DNA of 64,000 nucleotides from an uncultured candidate division Zixibacteria bacterium (GCA_963702205.1 OY969724.1:3488001-3552000), one strand, 5' to 3'; positions 30,402 to 41,828 are shown, counted from the stretch's first letter. Program-made: numbers and translations. Notes: a model not told the origin generated them from the letters alone.

Positions 30402-31980
30402 ATATGGCATCGCCCATGTCGGGCGGATGATCCCCCAGGATATTTTTGTCGAAATAAGCCGTTACGGTATTTTTGGAAGAATCATAATAGTCGTCACTGG
30501 GATCGAAACTCGTCACATATTTCGCCACCAGTCTGTTGATGGCATAGTCGTAAACCCCGATTTCGTTTTTGTCAAAACGCAATCCGTAGCGATACCCGTC
30601 GTACAATTCCGTATCTTTGAACTGATCGGCCATCAACTGGGAAGAAACGCCTACCAACCGAGGGTCTTTGCCAAAGACTATTCCGATATCGAACAATTTA
30701 TTGTCACTGCCGGTGTAAGTCACTTGAATCCATTTATCCGATGATGTGATCTTAACTCCGTTTTTGTCGATCAGGACCTTATCCGTTTTGACCTTTCCCG
30801 GGAATATGTCGCCCCCGTGTCGATTACTCTCCGAGGCGAATTTGACCACGCCGGAATCGATATCATTCCAGTCGGCGTCGAAAGCCTTGGCCAGTATACC
30901 TTCAATAATGCGTCCCTTCAAAGAATCATCGGGAATGTCCAGGGCGGATAATTGCGTAAAGCAATTCAAATAATTATCCAGGCCGAATCTGTATATCAGA
31001 TAATTGGTCAGGCATGCCTGAGCCGGTAGAGCGATATCTGTCGTGTTGTTGTCGGCATTGATATTAGTGAGTAGCAGGGTATCGAGGTCAATCAGATTAT
31101 ACTTCATGATGTACTCGCCGAAATCGAGGAGAACGTCCGGGGATCGCTGCCACCCCCCGCCGAGGTACGCCCTCAAACCTGAACGCATAAAATTATCCGA
31201 AAAGAAAGGCAGCTTCTGTAATTTAAAATTAACCAATTGATCGGCCACCGGTGAGGTATTGGTCAGATATGTACTGAAGACCGCGTCGGCGTCTTTTCGA
31301 TACGCGCCGTCGGACTGAATCCCCGCCAGCTTCACGATATCTGCAGGCGAACGGCAGAGATAGAAATGAATCTTTTTATCGGCCAGCAAGGCCAGTTGAT
31401 TGTCATCGAGATTCAGCGCCCCGGCCATGCTTTCCACCATATGGTCCATCGCGGCCGCAGCTACGTCATTATAAGTCTTCTGTTTATCAGGATTTATATG
31501 GTATATGAAATATTTCGTTTCTTTGGTCGGCCAGTCCGAGGCATATATATCGTGTGGATAGGCCAGCCAAAAATAACCGCCGGTTCGCACGATATAATAC
31601 ATATAACTGGCCTTATCGAGATTCGGAGCGTCCAGCCTGAATCGAAAGCGCAGAGTGGTATCGTTTATTTCGGCCTGGCTGTCGATTCCCGAAGGAACTC
31701 CCGCGGCATATTCCTCCACATGATACACTGCCGGAGACAGACAATCCGGCTTGAAGCCAATACCGTCATATTCAATCCCCAGCCGGTCAGCCTCTTTAAT
31801 GGACGCCGGCAGCCATAAACCCGCGGCGGATTCATAATTGCTGGACGAAATCAGGTCCAGGTAATAACCGATGGTTTCCCTGGCCACGTTGATGTAGGGG
31901 TTTTTGGCCAAAACCGGGGCTGCCACGAGCCAGCCCGCAAAACAAATCGTAAAAATAACCCGGACTATTTTATTAATCAT
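30391..31980 (-). CDS. Secreted hypothetical protein (gluzincin-like fold possible, no HExxH)
   Basis: Signal peptide VLA; ETKYFIYH; long ORF. Confidence 0.65.
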   Translation of the reverse strand: MINKIVRVIFTICFAGWLVAAPVLAKNPYINVARETIGYYLDLISSSNYESAAGLWLPASIKEADRLGIEYDGIGFKPDCLSPAVYHVEEYAAGVPSGIDSQAEINDTTLRFRFRLDAPNLDKASYMYYIVRTGGYFWLAYPHDIYASDWPTKETKYFIYHINPDKQKTYNDVAAAAMDHMVESMAGALNLDDNQLALLADKKIHFYLCRSPADIVKLAGIQSDGAYRKDADAVFSTYLTNTSPVADQLVNFKLQKLPFFSDNFMRSGLRAYLGGGWQRSPDVLLDFGEYIMKYNLIDLDTLLLTNINADNNTTDIALPAQACLTNYLIYRFGLDNYLNCFTQLSALDIPDDSLKGRIIEGILAKAFDADWNDIDSGVVKFASESNRHGGDIFPGKVKTDKVLIDKNGVKITSSDKWIQVTYTGSDNKLFDIGIVFGKDPRLVGVSSQLMADQFKDTELYDGYRYGLRFDKNEIGVYDYAINRLVAKYVTSFDPSDDYYDSSKNTVTAYFDKNILGDHPPDMGDAIFIE

Positions 31981-32049
31981 AATTTCTCCCGTGAATAGAA
32001 TATACGGTTCAATATAGCCTATTTTACCCTAAAAGACAAAGAATGTCCG

Positions 32050-32080
32050 AAAAAAAAGCCCCGATTTTGTCGGGGCTTTT
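32050..32080 (-). terminator. Intrinsic terminator after the porV-like gene
   Basis: AAAAGCCCCGA-TTTTG-TCGGGGCTTTT. Confidence 0.8.
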
Positions 32081-32100
32081 AAGCGGATTAATTGATTTCT

Positions 32101-33114
32101 TCAAAAGCTGACGCTGGCCGAGAATTTATGAACCGACTCCAATCGACCGAAATCGACCCAGGCATAGTCGAGCGTCAGACGGGTATTTTCGGTCAGGTTG
32201 GTCTTAAGACCGCCGCCGAAACTGAAATTTTCCTCGTCGAAGTTGACCTTGTAACCTGAACGGAGGAAATATTTATCATTCCAACTGTATTCGGCACCGA
32301 GCGATCCCTGTTGTTCGTGATCATTGGGATGCTTGGCTTCGACAGCCAGCAGCAGATTCGATTCCGGTCCGAAATCGACGTCATATGCCATACCGACCCG
32401 GAACGTAAGAGGAAGGCTGTATCCTTCCACCTTCAAACGGCTGTCGAAATTATCATTATTGGGATTGGTGGCTTGGTCAGGGTCGTAGGCAACGTTAAGG
32501 TCAGGACCGTCGAATTTCAATTCCGGCCCCATGTTGGAAATATTCATACCCAACCGAAGCGTCCGCCAGCCGGTATAAAGCAGCGTGCCGAAGTCGAAGG
32601 CAATACCGGAGGATTTCTCGCGGTAAATTTCCTCTCCGACGTACTTCATACTGGCCCCGAAGGCAAACTGGTTGGTCATGTAGCGGGCAAAGCTGATCTG
32701 AAAAGCATACGACGACGCGGAATAATATTGTCCCGTGCCGTTTTGCTGATCCTGAGCCACACCCGTAATTTCCTGGTCGCCCATCGACAGAATGGTCGCC
32801 GAGACACCAAAGGTCCCGATGTCCTCGAAATTCTGGGCATAAGCGACGTAGTTAAGGCTTATATCGGCCACGTAACTTACATGAGCGAAAGCCACTTCTT
32901 TGCTGGTAATCTGCGACAGCCCGGCCGGGTTCCAATACATGGCATAGATGTCTTCCACGGTCGGAGTGGCCGCTTCACCCATGGCGTTGTACCTGGAGCC
33001 GACGCCTATTTTAAGGAACTGCGCGCCGGACGTGCCAACCTTGGAAAAGTCACTGGCGACAGCCGTCCCGCAGAGAATGGCCATCAGCACTACAGCTAAT
33101 ATTATCTTAGTCAT
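32101..33114 (-). CDS. PorV/PorQ-family outer-membrane beta-barrel
   Basis: GTSGAQFLKIGVGSR..AMG, YWNPAGL, AFDFG, LPLTFRVG, terminal F. Confidence 0.88.
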   Translation of the reverse strand: MTKIILAVVLMAILCGTAVASDFSKVGTSGAQFLKIGVGSRYNAMGEAATPTVEDIYAMYWNPAGLSQITSKEVAFAHVSYVADISLNYVAYAQNFEDIGTFGVSATILSMGDQEITGVAQDQQNGTGQYYSASSYAFQISFARYMTNQFAFGASMKYVGEEIYREKSSGIAFDFGTLLYTGWRTLRLGMNISNMGPELKFDGPDLNVAYDPDQATNPNNDNFDSRLKVEGYSLPLTFRVGMAYDVDFGPESNLLLAVEAKHPNDHEQQGSLGAEYSWNDKYFLRSGYKVNFDEENFSFGGGLKTNLTENTRLTLDYAWVDFGRLESVHKFSASVSF

Positions 33115-33124
33115 GGCGTTTCTC

Positions 33125-35803
33125 CTACTTTATGACGGCAAACCGCCCGGTGCGGTCGCCATATTTCGATTCAATGTGATAAAGGTAAATACCGGATGCA
33201 ATCGACAATCCGGCATCCGACAACATGTTCCATTGATACGTGCCGCCCGTCCCGTAGTGATTGGCGGTCTTGACGAGATCCCCCGCCAGGGTGTAAATCC
33301 TGAGCGTGCATTCGTCGGGAAGATTGATGAAATTCAATTCTCTTTCGTACTCACCATATTCCTGACTTTGATGCGCGAGATACGGGTCGGGATATACCCT
33401 GATTTTATCCATTTCATTTCTGGCTGATGCGGGATTGACGCCGTCGACGCTGAATACGAACTCATCGTCGGCCCCGTTCAACGGTGCACCTTCAATGGTA
33501 TAAACGTCGCCGCTATTATAATCGGTATTGTACGGGTCAACAGCGAAAAACCAGACGTGGTTATATGGAAATGCCTCAGGATGTGGGTCGCCGTCGTACG
33601 GCGTATCGACAATCGAAATATAATCGCCCGCGTCTGGATTCCATTGACCGTCGTCATCCCAGTCATATATTTCCGCATTGACCTGCTGGTTGAAAGTCGT
33701 GTTCCAGACTTCGAATGGCAATGGTATTACGGACGTATGGTCAAACATGAGAAATCCATCTTGCCCGGTTTCCGTGAACCTCAGTTCATAAGTACTGCGG
33801 AAATGCTTGTTGCCGCCCAAAGGCAGTCCAAAGACATAATCGAGATCGCCGAGGAAATCGTACATGGCAATGGTCGTATCACCCGGTACTCCGAACTCCG
33901 TCTGGCCCATATCGCGCGGGACGCGGTCTCCGTCACGGACGACAATTCTGATACCATCGCCGACGGGGTACAATCCCGGTTCGGCCGTAGGGGATTGCAG
34001 GGTTTGCTCGACCAATACGGTATCGTGATTGGTCATATCTTCCAGGTTCCAGTAGGTCTGGTAATCATCTTCAGTAAAAAATACCCTGTATTCACTGCCC
34101 TGTACCAGGTTTTCCTGGAATCGGATCGGATAAACGGCACCTTCCGAAGGCTGATCGTTACCCGTATAATTGTGATCTATCGTCGAATAAGCATCGAAAA
34201 AGCCGGCGGGATCGCTTCGGGGAACCATTTTAACCGCATTCTGATCGAAACCGGGTGTACCGAAACCGTTCTGCAAGGCACCGATCGGCACCGTACTGTC
34301 ACCGCCGTCGAAAGCCACGAGGCAGTACCAGTATTCGGTTCCGTTGGTCACCGTGGAATCGATAAACGAATGGGATATCGGGTCCCCGGCTTCTTCGACA
34401 CCGTACGCCGCGACCGGGTAATAATCGAAGCCGAGGCAGTCATAAATCTGCGTCTCATCTCTATGACCCCAGGTATAGCCGCGATTGTCGGAACGATATA
34501 GTTTATAACCGCGAAAATCCTCTTCTCCCGAAAGGGGATCGACACTGGTTTCCGATGTATCGGTCCAGCTTATATAAACTTTCCCGTCCCCGGCCTGGGC
34601 TGTCAGATGCGGTGTCTCCGGTGGCTGAGGACCGACGAAGTAATTGTCGTACAGCGTTTGCGCAATATCAGCATTGGCGCGAAAATCCGTTTCGTCCTGA
34701 CCGGCGATTATCGCGAATACGACACGAACCGTCTTACCCGCCGTCAGATCAATACCGCGCGTGCACTGCAAATAGTACTGGTCGGTCGGCGGCAGTGACT
34801 CATCGTACTGCGACGAATTGATCAATTCGTATTTGGCGGGGTCGGCGGCCTGATAAACCTGTTCCCATTGACCGGTGCGGAAAGCCGTCATACCGATACC
34901 GTCAGGGGTTTCAAGGTATTTGGTACCCATGACGCCGGTTCTCACAGTCGGGCCCCAGCCCGGATCATAACCGTCTTCGTCGTACGTCCAGGCAAGGTTT
35001 TCCTCCTGGTCAAAAGCCACCAGGTCTCCGAGACGGCCGTTCTCGCCGGAACCGTCGGGACCGCCGATATCGAAATCGCAGTACAGTGCGAAAGCAAAAT
35101 CGGGATAATCGACGTCGGAGGCGTTGGTGATTTCCAAAACGCAAAATATAATATCTTCATTATAGCAATAATTCCATTGATACATCGTCTGCGAGACTTC
35201 GATTCCCAGTGCATCGGGATTCAGACCGTCATCGAAACGATAATACGACTGCTGCAGGGAGGTCGGCCCGCTCGGTACAAAGCTGTCTACTTGCACGGAA
35301 TAATTTTGATTGTAGGTCCATTCCAGCTGGTCGGGATCCCACACTTGCCAGCCGTGGGCGGGATTACCGAAGCCAAGTCCGACCGTATCCAGCGGATCGT
35401 ACTCGAACGAGGTCGTGTCAGTGGAAAGCCTGATTCCGTACGTTTCATCGCCCGAAACCAGCGACGGTATCGGCTCGAAATCTTCATCGGTATCGGCGAC
35501 GACGGTGTCGGTCGCTGATTTCACGGCGCCCATCCAGAACTTGATTTCGCCGATATATTCGTGACCGGAATTGCGCGGCCATTCGCCCGAAGGCCGTCCG
35601 GGTATGCCCCAATAACCGCCGATCAATCCGTAATTGTCGACCGTGGTGGCGATGTTTCCCTTATTTTGGACAATCTGATCCCATACTTCCAGCGGCGGCG
35701 TCTGCGATTCCATGGACTTGGCCAGGGCGTTTGACACCGAGATTGCCAGCAATAGGAAAAATATCCGCCCGATCAAGCGCATATTCTTCGTTTTGTTCTT
35801 CAT
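33125..35803 (-). CDS. Secreted protein with FN3-like region and T9SS/FlgD-like C-terminal sorting domain
   Basis: GEWPRNSGHEY, EDFRGYKLYRS, IRVYPDPY..FINLP..IYTLAGDLV..WNML..IASGIYLY..FAVIK. Confidence 0.8.
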   Translation of the reverse strand: MKNKTKNMRLIGRIFFLLLAISVSNALAKSMESQTPPLEVWDQIVQNKGNIATTVDNYGLIGGYWGIPGRPSGEWPRNSGHEYIGEIKFWMGAVKSATDTVVADTDEDFEPIPSLVSGDETYGIRLSTDTTSFEYDPLDTVGLGFGNPAHGWQVWDPDQLEWTYNQNYSVQVDSFVPSGPTSLQQSYYRFDDGLNPDALGIEVSQTMYQWNYCYNEDIIFCVLEITNASDVDYPDFAFALYCDFDIGGPDGSGENGRLGDLVAFDQEENLAWTYDEDGYDPGWGPTVRTGVMGTKYLETPDGIGMTAFRTGQWEQVYQAADPAKYELINSSQYDESLPPTDQYYLQCTRGIDLTAGKTVRVVFAIIAGQDETDFRANADIAQTLYDNYFVGPQPPETPHLTAQAGDGKVYISWTDTSETSVDPLSGEEDFRGYKLYRSDNRGYTWGHRDETQIYDCLGFDYYPVAAYGVEEAGDPISHSFIDSTVTNGTEYWYCLVAFDGGDSTVPIGALQNGFGTPGFDQNAVKMVPRSDPAGFFDAYSTIDHNYTGNDQPSEGAVYPIRFQENLVQGSEYRVFFTEDDYQTYWNLEDMTNHDTVLVEQTLQSPTAEPGLYPVGDGIRIVVRDGDRVPRDMGQTEFGVPGDTTIAMYDFLGDLDYVFGLPLGGNKHFRSTYELRFTETGQDGFLMFDHTSVIPLPFEVWNTTFNQQVNAEIYDWDDDGQWNPDAGDYISIVDTPYDGDPHPEAFPYNHVWFFAVDPYNTDYNSGDVYTIEGAPLNGADDEFVFSVDGVNPASARNEMDKIRVYPDPYLAHQSQEYGEYERELNFINLPDECTLRIYTLAGDLVKTANHYGTGGTYQWNMLSDAGLSIASGIYLYHIESKYGDRTGRFAVIK

Positions 35804-35813
35804 AATCAACCTC

Positions 35814-38495
35814 TTAAAAATTGTATTCAAGCCCCAGCCGAATCGTGCGCGGCCTGGAGTAATGGGTCGGATCTTTGGCAAACAGGGCGTACAGCTCTCT
35901 CTTTGCCTGCGTTTCTTCGGCGGTCGTGCCAATTACATCATTAAGATTGCGGTCGACGTCGGCCCGGCCCGTGTTGCCGTAAACATCGATTACGTTGCGG
36001 CGATCGAACAGGTTGTCGACCTCGACAAAGAAGGAGAAATAGCTTTCGGTTCTCGGCATGAAGAGATTTTTATAAAAGCGCATGTCAACTGAATAGTTGG
36101 AAGGCAGGCGGCCCTCATTCACACCGACCTGACGACCGGATTCGTCAAGAACGTTATAAGGCATCCCCGAACCGTAGCGGCCGAGAAGATTAAGGCCCCA
36201 GGCGCCGGGAACGGTCATACCCAACACACGGCCTTTCCACCCTCTGGGCACGCGATACGACAGATTCAACGTAGCCGTGTGGCGCTGGTCGAAATCGAGC
36301 GGATATTCCTGCACCGGCAAAACCGTGCTGGTATCGACAATAAACGAATAATATGCTTCGGTCGAATTGGAAGCATTACCTCGGGCTACCATATAACTGT
36401 AAATGAATGATCCCGAAAAGTTGCCTTTGCCTATTTTTTCAAATGTGATGTCGAGTCCCTGAACCGAACCATAATCGTCATTGCTGTATTCCGCTATCGG
36501 GTAACCACTGTTCGACGGGACCAGAGAACCATCGGCCTTGTAAACCGGTCGGGCCGAAATCAGGTTTTCGATATCCTTAAAATAGGCCGTAACATCCAGG
36601 CGGTAGTCATCGTTAACCATCTGGTTCAGACCGAGTTCATAACTTATAGTACGTTCATCCTGAAGATCGGGATATCCGAATATGGGTATCCCCTGATTCT
36701 GGTCGGCCTGGATATTGGTGTACATATACTGGTATGTAGGCGCCTGATAATAATATCCATAGTTGAATCGAATCATCGAGTTTTCCGAAATCGGGTGCGA
36801 AACACCCAGCCTCGGTGAGACATAGGATTTGGATTTGGATTTAACCCGGTAATCTTTATCTATGACATTATTCCAGTAATTGACTTCACTGTTGAAATAA
36901 TCCCAGCGCATTCCTACGTTTATCACAAAGTCGCGGGTCTCCATTTTGTCCTGTAAGTAGGCCATGGCGACGACCGGTGACTGCGCGTATTTTTCACCGT
37001 ACGGCTGATCGTTGTAAAATTGCTTGGCATCCCAATCGATGCGATAATCCCGCAGTTCTCCGCCTAATCTGAGCTGATTGTCCCGGTTGACCTGGGACGT
37101 AACCGTGCTGGAAAAGGCGTTATACCTGGCGACTCGGTGAACGTAGGTGGGATTAAAATCGTTACCCGTCGTATAACCAATCCAGTAATAATCCGACGAA
37201 GCCAGGTAATTATCGTCGTCGATTTGACCATCATAGACACCGGAGTCATTCACGCTATAGCCGGGCCATTGATCCCAATAGGTATCGAAAAGCTGCTCCG
37301 GTGCAGTCTTTGTTTCGGTATAAAAACGGTTAAAGGCGAACGACAGGATGGTTTTTGCATCGAGGCTATAATTACCCTTCAGGCCCCACAGGTCGGCGTT
37401 CTTTTTGGTCAAACCGAGACCGTCGAGGTTGAAATCATAAGATATGCCGTTAACGTCGCGATGGAAATAATTCTGGTATTTATTCCGGTATATACTCCCG
37501 ATACCGGTCAACTTCATGTTCGGAGTCGGCTGCCAGTTCAATTTGGCCGTATGCGTCCAGCTCTCACCTTTATTATGTGGCAAATAGCCGTCATCCCGCA
37601 GCCATTCACTGGCGACGAAAAAGGTCGCCTTATTCGATGTCAACAAAGGAAGCGGCCCTGATAAATTGTAGCTGACGGTATTGTTGTTCGTCCGGGCCAG
37701 GCTCTTGAATGAACCCGTATTTACGTCCCAGGGACGAGTGTAACCGTCATACATCTTAATTTTGCCGTGATAATCTCGGGATCCTTCCTTGGTTACGGCG
37801 TTGACGACACCGGACATCGCCTCGCCGTACTCAGCGGTGAAACCACCGGATGTAAGGTTAAGTTCTTCGAGGGCGTCGGGCATAATTCTTATTCCCGCGA
37901 TATCATAGAATGGGTCCTGTACCGAAAAACCTTCGTACGTATACGAGACCTGCCCGTCGCGGCCACCGCGAACGTGGAAACCGTTATCCCGGTCAACTAC
38001 CGTCCCCGACATATTAGCCAGGATGGCCTGAACCGTGACGGAATTGGGAATTTCGGCCATGCGATCACTGGTCACGATGGAGCGAGACGCCGTGAGGTCG
38101 CGTTGGATGGGATCGCGCTCGGCGTAAACCTTGATCTGACGTTTGAGCGGCATATCGACTTGCTGGATTTCAAAATCGACCGGAGTCGTCAGGTCGAGAA
38201 GAACGCGTACGTCCTGTTTTTCCAGCTCGCCGAAACCCATCATGGTGACCGACAGGTTGTACACCCCGGCGGGTAAATTCAAGAAGTAGTACTCGCCGTC
38301 GGCGTCGGTTTGCGTGACGAAGTCGGTTCCTTCGACACGGATAGTGGCTCCCGGTATCGGTTCACCGGATTTGCCGTTTTCCACAATACCGGCAATCTTG
38401 CCGGTAGTACCTGCCCGTACCATCGGAGGCAAAACAATCGTGCACATCAACAGGAAAACGGGAAGTACAACTACAGTTTTTTTTAGGGTAGTCAA
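35814..38495 (-). CDS. TonB-dependent receptor with CarboxypepD_reg-like N-terminus
   Basis: GTTGKIAG, HVRGGRDGQ, SGGFTAEYGEAMSGVVN, SPRLGVSHPI, PRTIRLGLEYNF. Confidence 0.92.
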   Translation of the reverse strand: MTTLKKTVVVLPVFLLMCTIVLPPMVRAGTTGKIAGIVENGKSGEPIPGATIRVEGTDFVTQTDADGEYYFLNLPAGVYNLSVTMMGFGELEKQDVRVLLDLTTPVDFEIQQVDMPLKRQIKVYAERDPIQRDLTASRSIVTSDRMAEIPNSVTVQAILANMSGTVVDRDNGFHVRGGRDGQVSYTYEGFSVQDPFYDIAGIRIMPDALEELNLTSGGFTAEYGEAMSGVVNAVTKEGSRDYHGKIKMYDGYTRPWDVNTGSFKSLARTNNNTVSYNLSGPLPLLTSNKATFFVASEWLRDDGYLPHNKGESWTHTAKLNWQPTPNMKLTGIGSIYRNKYQNYFHRDVNGISYDFNLDGLGLTKKNADLWGLKGNYSLDAKTILSFAFNRFYTETKTAPEQLFDTYWDQWPGYSVNDSGVYDGQIDDDNYLASSDYYWIGYTTGNDFNPTYVHRVARYNAFSSTVTSQVNRDNQLRLGGELRDYRIDWDAKQFYNDQPYGEKYAQSPVVAMAYLQDKMETRDFVINVGMRWDYFNSEVNYWNNVIDKDYRVKSKSKSYVSPRLGVSHPISENSMIRFNYGYYYQAPTYQYMYTNIQADQNQGIPIFGYPDLQDERTISYELGLNQMVNDDYRLDVTAYFKDIENLISARPVYKADGSLVPSNSGYPIAEYSNDDYGSVQGLDITFEKIGKGNFSGSFIYSYMVARGNASNSTEAYYSFIVDTSTVLPVQEYPLDFDQRHTATLNLSYRVPRGWKGRVLGMTVPGAWGLNLLGRYGSGMPYNVLDESGRQVGVNEGRLPSNYSVDMRFYKNLFMPRTESYFSFFVEVDNLFDRRNVIDVYGNTGRADVDRNLNDVIGTTAEETQAKRELYALFAKDPTHYSRPRTIRLGLEYNF

Positions 38496-38544
38496 ATCAT
38501 ACCTCCGTACAATTGTTAATTATTTTTATGCTCATTTATAATTC

Positions 38545-38559
38545 GCAAAATGCGATCCA
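38545..38559 (-). promoter_or_regulatory. Possible sigma54 -24/-12 promoter of the TBDR operon
   Basis: TGGATCGCATTTTGC on the minus strand (GG-N10-GC), ~50 nt before the start. Confidence 0.35.
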
Positions 38560-38813
38560 ATACAATTCATGTGACATATTTCGCCACTTTCATTTTATCG
38601 ACGTCTCTTCGATTAACTTTATAGGTCTTGCCCGATGCGAACCGGCAATTTTCATCGTAATTTTGACAAAGTTGTCAATTATTGAGCGGCAGGGCCGTCA
38701 AGTTTCGTCGCAATCGCCCGATAAAGATAGGGTGACTCAATAAATACAAGGATTTGGACGAGACAGTGATAAAAGCGTGCCGCGGCATGCTCTTTTATAA
38801 AGCTACTTGGTTT

Positions 38814-39755
38814 ATGATTAACCGATCACTTCTTATAGCATTGGCCGTGGTTCTCCTGGCAGGGAGCGTAAGCGCCCAGGGCGCCAAGCTGGTCATTGTC
38901 TTTTCGGATAGTCTGAAATCAACCCAAAGAACCATCAGGGGCATTACTTCAACCATCGAGCAGGGCTGCCAGAATTGCGAATTCCACGAATTTCTACTCG
39001 AACGCGACACCGATCTTATCTCGGGTCAGATAAGCAGGATTAAGGCCCTCAATCCGGCGCTTATCGTCACGGTCGGTTCGATGGCGACTCAGATCATGTC
39101 CGACAAAATAACCGACCGGCCGATAATCTTCTCAGCCGTCCTCAATCCGGAAACATCGGGATTTGTCAAGTCACTGGCCAGGCCGGGAAAAAATATCACC
39201 GGGGCGTCGCTGGATATTCCATTCGACATCCAGTTCACCTATTTCAAACAGGTTATCGGAGGTTTGAAAAAAATCGGTGTATTGTATACGACGGAAACGG
39301 CTAATTTGATCCCCCCGGCCAAAGCCCTGGCCCATACCGAAGGACTGGAGCTCGAAGCCATAGAAGTAAATTCAGAAAAAGACATCCCCTCGGCCCTGGA
39401 AAAATTGATCGGCGACGTCGACGGCATCTGGTCGGTGGCCGACGCGCACATTTTTACGCAACGTTCGACAAAGTTCATTCTCTTAAATACATTGCGGAAC
39501 GGTGTCCCGTTCATGGGATTTTCCCGCAATCTGGTCGAATCGGGAGCCCTCTTCGCGCTTGATTTCGATTACAAGGACATCGGCCGTCAATCCGGCGAAA
39601 TCGCTTTGCGCGTTCTGGGCGGCCAGCCGGCTTCCAATATTCCCGTCGCCGTTCCCCGCATCCGCTGGTTCCATTACAACGAAAAGACCGCCAAACATAT
39701 AAATGTCAAGATTCCGGATGAACTGGTGGCCGTAGCCAAGGAGGTTTATCGATGA
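38814..39755 (+). CDS. ABC_sub_bind-family periplasmic binding protein
   Basis: Signal peptide; PIIFSAVLNP, PGKNITGAS, KIGVLY, GALFAL..DY..IGRQ. Confidence 0.88.
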   Translation: MINRSLLIALAVVLLAGSVSAQGAKLVIVFSDSLKSTQRTIRGITSTIEQGCQNCEFHEFLLERDTDLISGQISRIKALNPALIVTVGSMATQIMSDKITDRPIIFSAVLNPETSGFVKSLARPGKNITGASLDIPFDIQFTYFKQVIGGLKKIGVLYTTETANLIPPAKALAHTEGLELEAIEVNSEKDIPSALEKLIGDVDGIWSVADAHIFTQRSTKFILLNTLRNGVPFMGFSRNLVESGALFALDFDYKDIGRQSGEIALRVLGGQPASNIPVAVPRIRWFHYNEKTAKHINVKIPDELVAVAKEVYR

Positions 39756-41398
39756 GCTTCTTTGGTTCCATCAGCCGCTTTGCCCTGCGCGGGAAATTCG
39801 TCCTGCTGGTTTCGGTCGTGACAATCGCCAGCATGCTGATTATTTCCGGCTACCTGATTAAGCGTCAGGGTGTCATTTATCATGACGAGCTTGTCAAACG
39901 CGGAGAAAATTTGGTTTCCAACCTGGCGTATAACGCCGAGTACGGGGTAATTCTGGAGTCGTCCTCCGAACTGGAAAACCTCATTCGCGGCGCGGCCCGT
40001 GCCGATGATATCGTCTATATTGCCATTTCCTCGTCCGACGGCCGCATTTTGGCTAAAACCGGAGCGAATTACGGCGATAACGGCCGAACCATCGATAAAG
40101 ATATTTACAGCCCTTCGAATGACCAGAAGTTCCGGTACCGTCAATTCATTTCCTCCAATAATATCGAATATGTCGAATTAATATATCCGGTTGAAACGCA
40201 AAGGATGTCGGTTTCCAAGGAAAACCTGGGATCATTGTACTCCGATGCCGAAGACACCGCCGTCATGGAAAAAATCGGCGAGGTCAAGGTTTGTGTGACA
40301 CTGGAAAATCTCAACAAGGAAATCGACAAGTCCGAAACGACGTCGACTCTGCTGGCCATACTGGTCATAATTTCCGCCATTATAATTATGTCGGCTTTCG
40401 CCAGGGTTATCACCCGCCCGATAGAAACGCTGGCCACCGTCACGGATCAGATATCCAAAGGCGATCTGACAAAAACGGTCGACATCAACCGGTCCGATGA
40501 AATCGGGCATTTGGCCCGGTCTTTCAACCGGATGATCGACTCGCTGAAACGATATCAGGACGAAGTCGAAGAGTACAACCGTACGCTCGAAGAGAAGATA
40601 ATCGAACGGACGCGCGAACTCGATGAAGCTCAATCGCAATTGATTCAGTCCGAAAAAATGGCCGCCCTCGGTCAACTGGCAGCGGGCGTGGCCCACGAAT
40701 TGAACAATCCGCTCGGCGGTATTCTCGGTTATGCCCAGTTCACTCTCGAAAAAATGGAAAAGAAACCGCTGGAACAGATGACCGATAAAGACGTCGATTC
40801 CTACCGTCGGTACTTGAAAGACATCGAAACCCAGGCGCGTCGGTGTAAGACCATTGTTCAGAATCTGCTCAAATTCTCGCGGTCGTCACATTCCGCGGAA
40901 TTCGAGATGCTTAATATTAACGACATCATCAACGAAACCATGACTTTTATAGAACATCAGCTCATGATGCAGCAGATTCGCCTTACCCGTAATTTCGGCG
41001 ATAATCTCCCCGACATTCCGGGCAACGCCGGTCAGCTTCAGCAGGTTTTCACCAACATCATCATTAATGCCATGCACGCTTCAAAATCGAATACGGAAAT
41101 CTGCATCAACACCCGTTATCTCCCGCCGCTCGGAGAATTTACCGGAGCCGTGGAAGTCACCATTTCCGATCAGGGTTGCGGAATAAGTGAGGAAAACATC
41201 AAGAGGATATTCGAGCCGTTCTTTACGACCAAGGAAGTCGGAAAGGGTACGGGGCTGGGCCTGTCGGTCAGCTATGGCATCGTAAAAGAACACGGCGGGG
41301 AAATAAAAATCGACTCGACCGTCGGCCAAGGCACGAACTTCACGATAATATTTCAACTGGAGAAATCGACCCAATCGGCCGATAAAGCCAATAAATAA
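39752..41398 (+). CDS. Membrane HAMP histidine kinase (NtrB/HisKA type)
   Basis: Two TM segments, DEIGHLARSFN HAMP, AHELNNPL, QQVFTN, DQGCGI, PFFTTKEVGKGTGLGL. Confidence 0.94.
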   Translation: MSFFGSISRFALRGKFVLLVSVVTIASMLIISGYLIKRQGVIYHDELVKRGENLVSNLAYNAEYGVILESSSELENLIRGAARADDIVYIAISSSDGRILAKTGANYGDNGRTIDKDIYSPSNDQKFRYRQFISSNNIEYVELIYPVETQRMSVSKENLGSLYSDAEDTAVMEKIGEVKVCVTLENLNKEIDKSETTSTLLAILVIISAIIIMSAFARVITRPIETLATVTDQISKGDLTKTVDINRSDEIGHLARSFNRMIDSLKRYQDEVEEYNRTLEEKIIERTRELDEAQSQLIQSEKMAALGQLAAGVAHELNNPLGGILGYAQFTLEKMEKKPLEQMTDKDVDSYRRYLKDIETQARRCKTIVQNLLKFSRSSHSAEFEMLNINDIINETMTFIEHQLMMQQIRLTRNFGDNLPDIPGNAGQLQQVFTNIIINAMHASKSNTEICINTRYLPPLGEFTGAVEVTISDQGCGISEENIKRIFEPFFTTKEVGKGTGLGLSVSYGIVKEHGGEIKIDSTVGQGTNFTIIFQLEKSTQSADKANK

Positions 41399-41423
41399 AA
41401 AAGTTTGGAATTGCACCTGAATT

Positions 41424-41828
41424 ATGGCAATCGCAACAAAAAGTATCCTGGTAGTCGACGACGAAGAGGTCATGCGGGAATTCCTCTTTGAAGTCCTTGA
41501 GGACTTCGAAGTGGAAAAAGCATCCGACGGCGATGAAGCCATCACGCGTTTGAAAGACAAGCGCTTTGACCTCGTTATTACCGACATGAAAATGCCTCGC
41601 GTGCCCGGCGAGGAAGTTGTCCGATACGTAAAAGAGAATTACCCCGAATCGGGAATTATCGTAATATCCGGATATTCGTCTCTGATGTCGGTGACCAGTG
41701 CCGTCGGGCACGGCATTGACGCCTATCTTTCCAAGCCGTTCACTATCAAACAACTCAGGACCGAAGTGGAAAAAGCCATGTACAGCCGTCAGCAGCCCGA
41801 GGATAGTGACGAAGGGGCCCGGCTATGA
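41424..41828 (+). CDS. Single-domain response regulator
   Basis: LVVDDE, DLVITDMKMP, YLSKPF. Confidence 0.92.
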   Translation: MAIATKSILVVDDEEVMREFLFEVLEDFEVEKASDGDEAITRLKDKRFDLVITDMKMPRVPGEEVVRYVKENYPESGIIVISGYSSLMSVTSAVGHGIDAYLSKPFTIKQLRTEVEKAMYSRQQPEDSDEGARL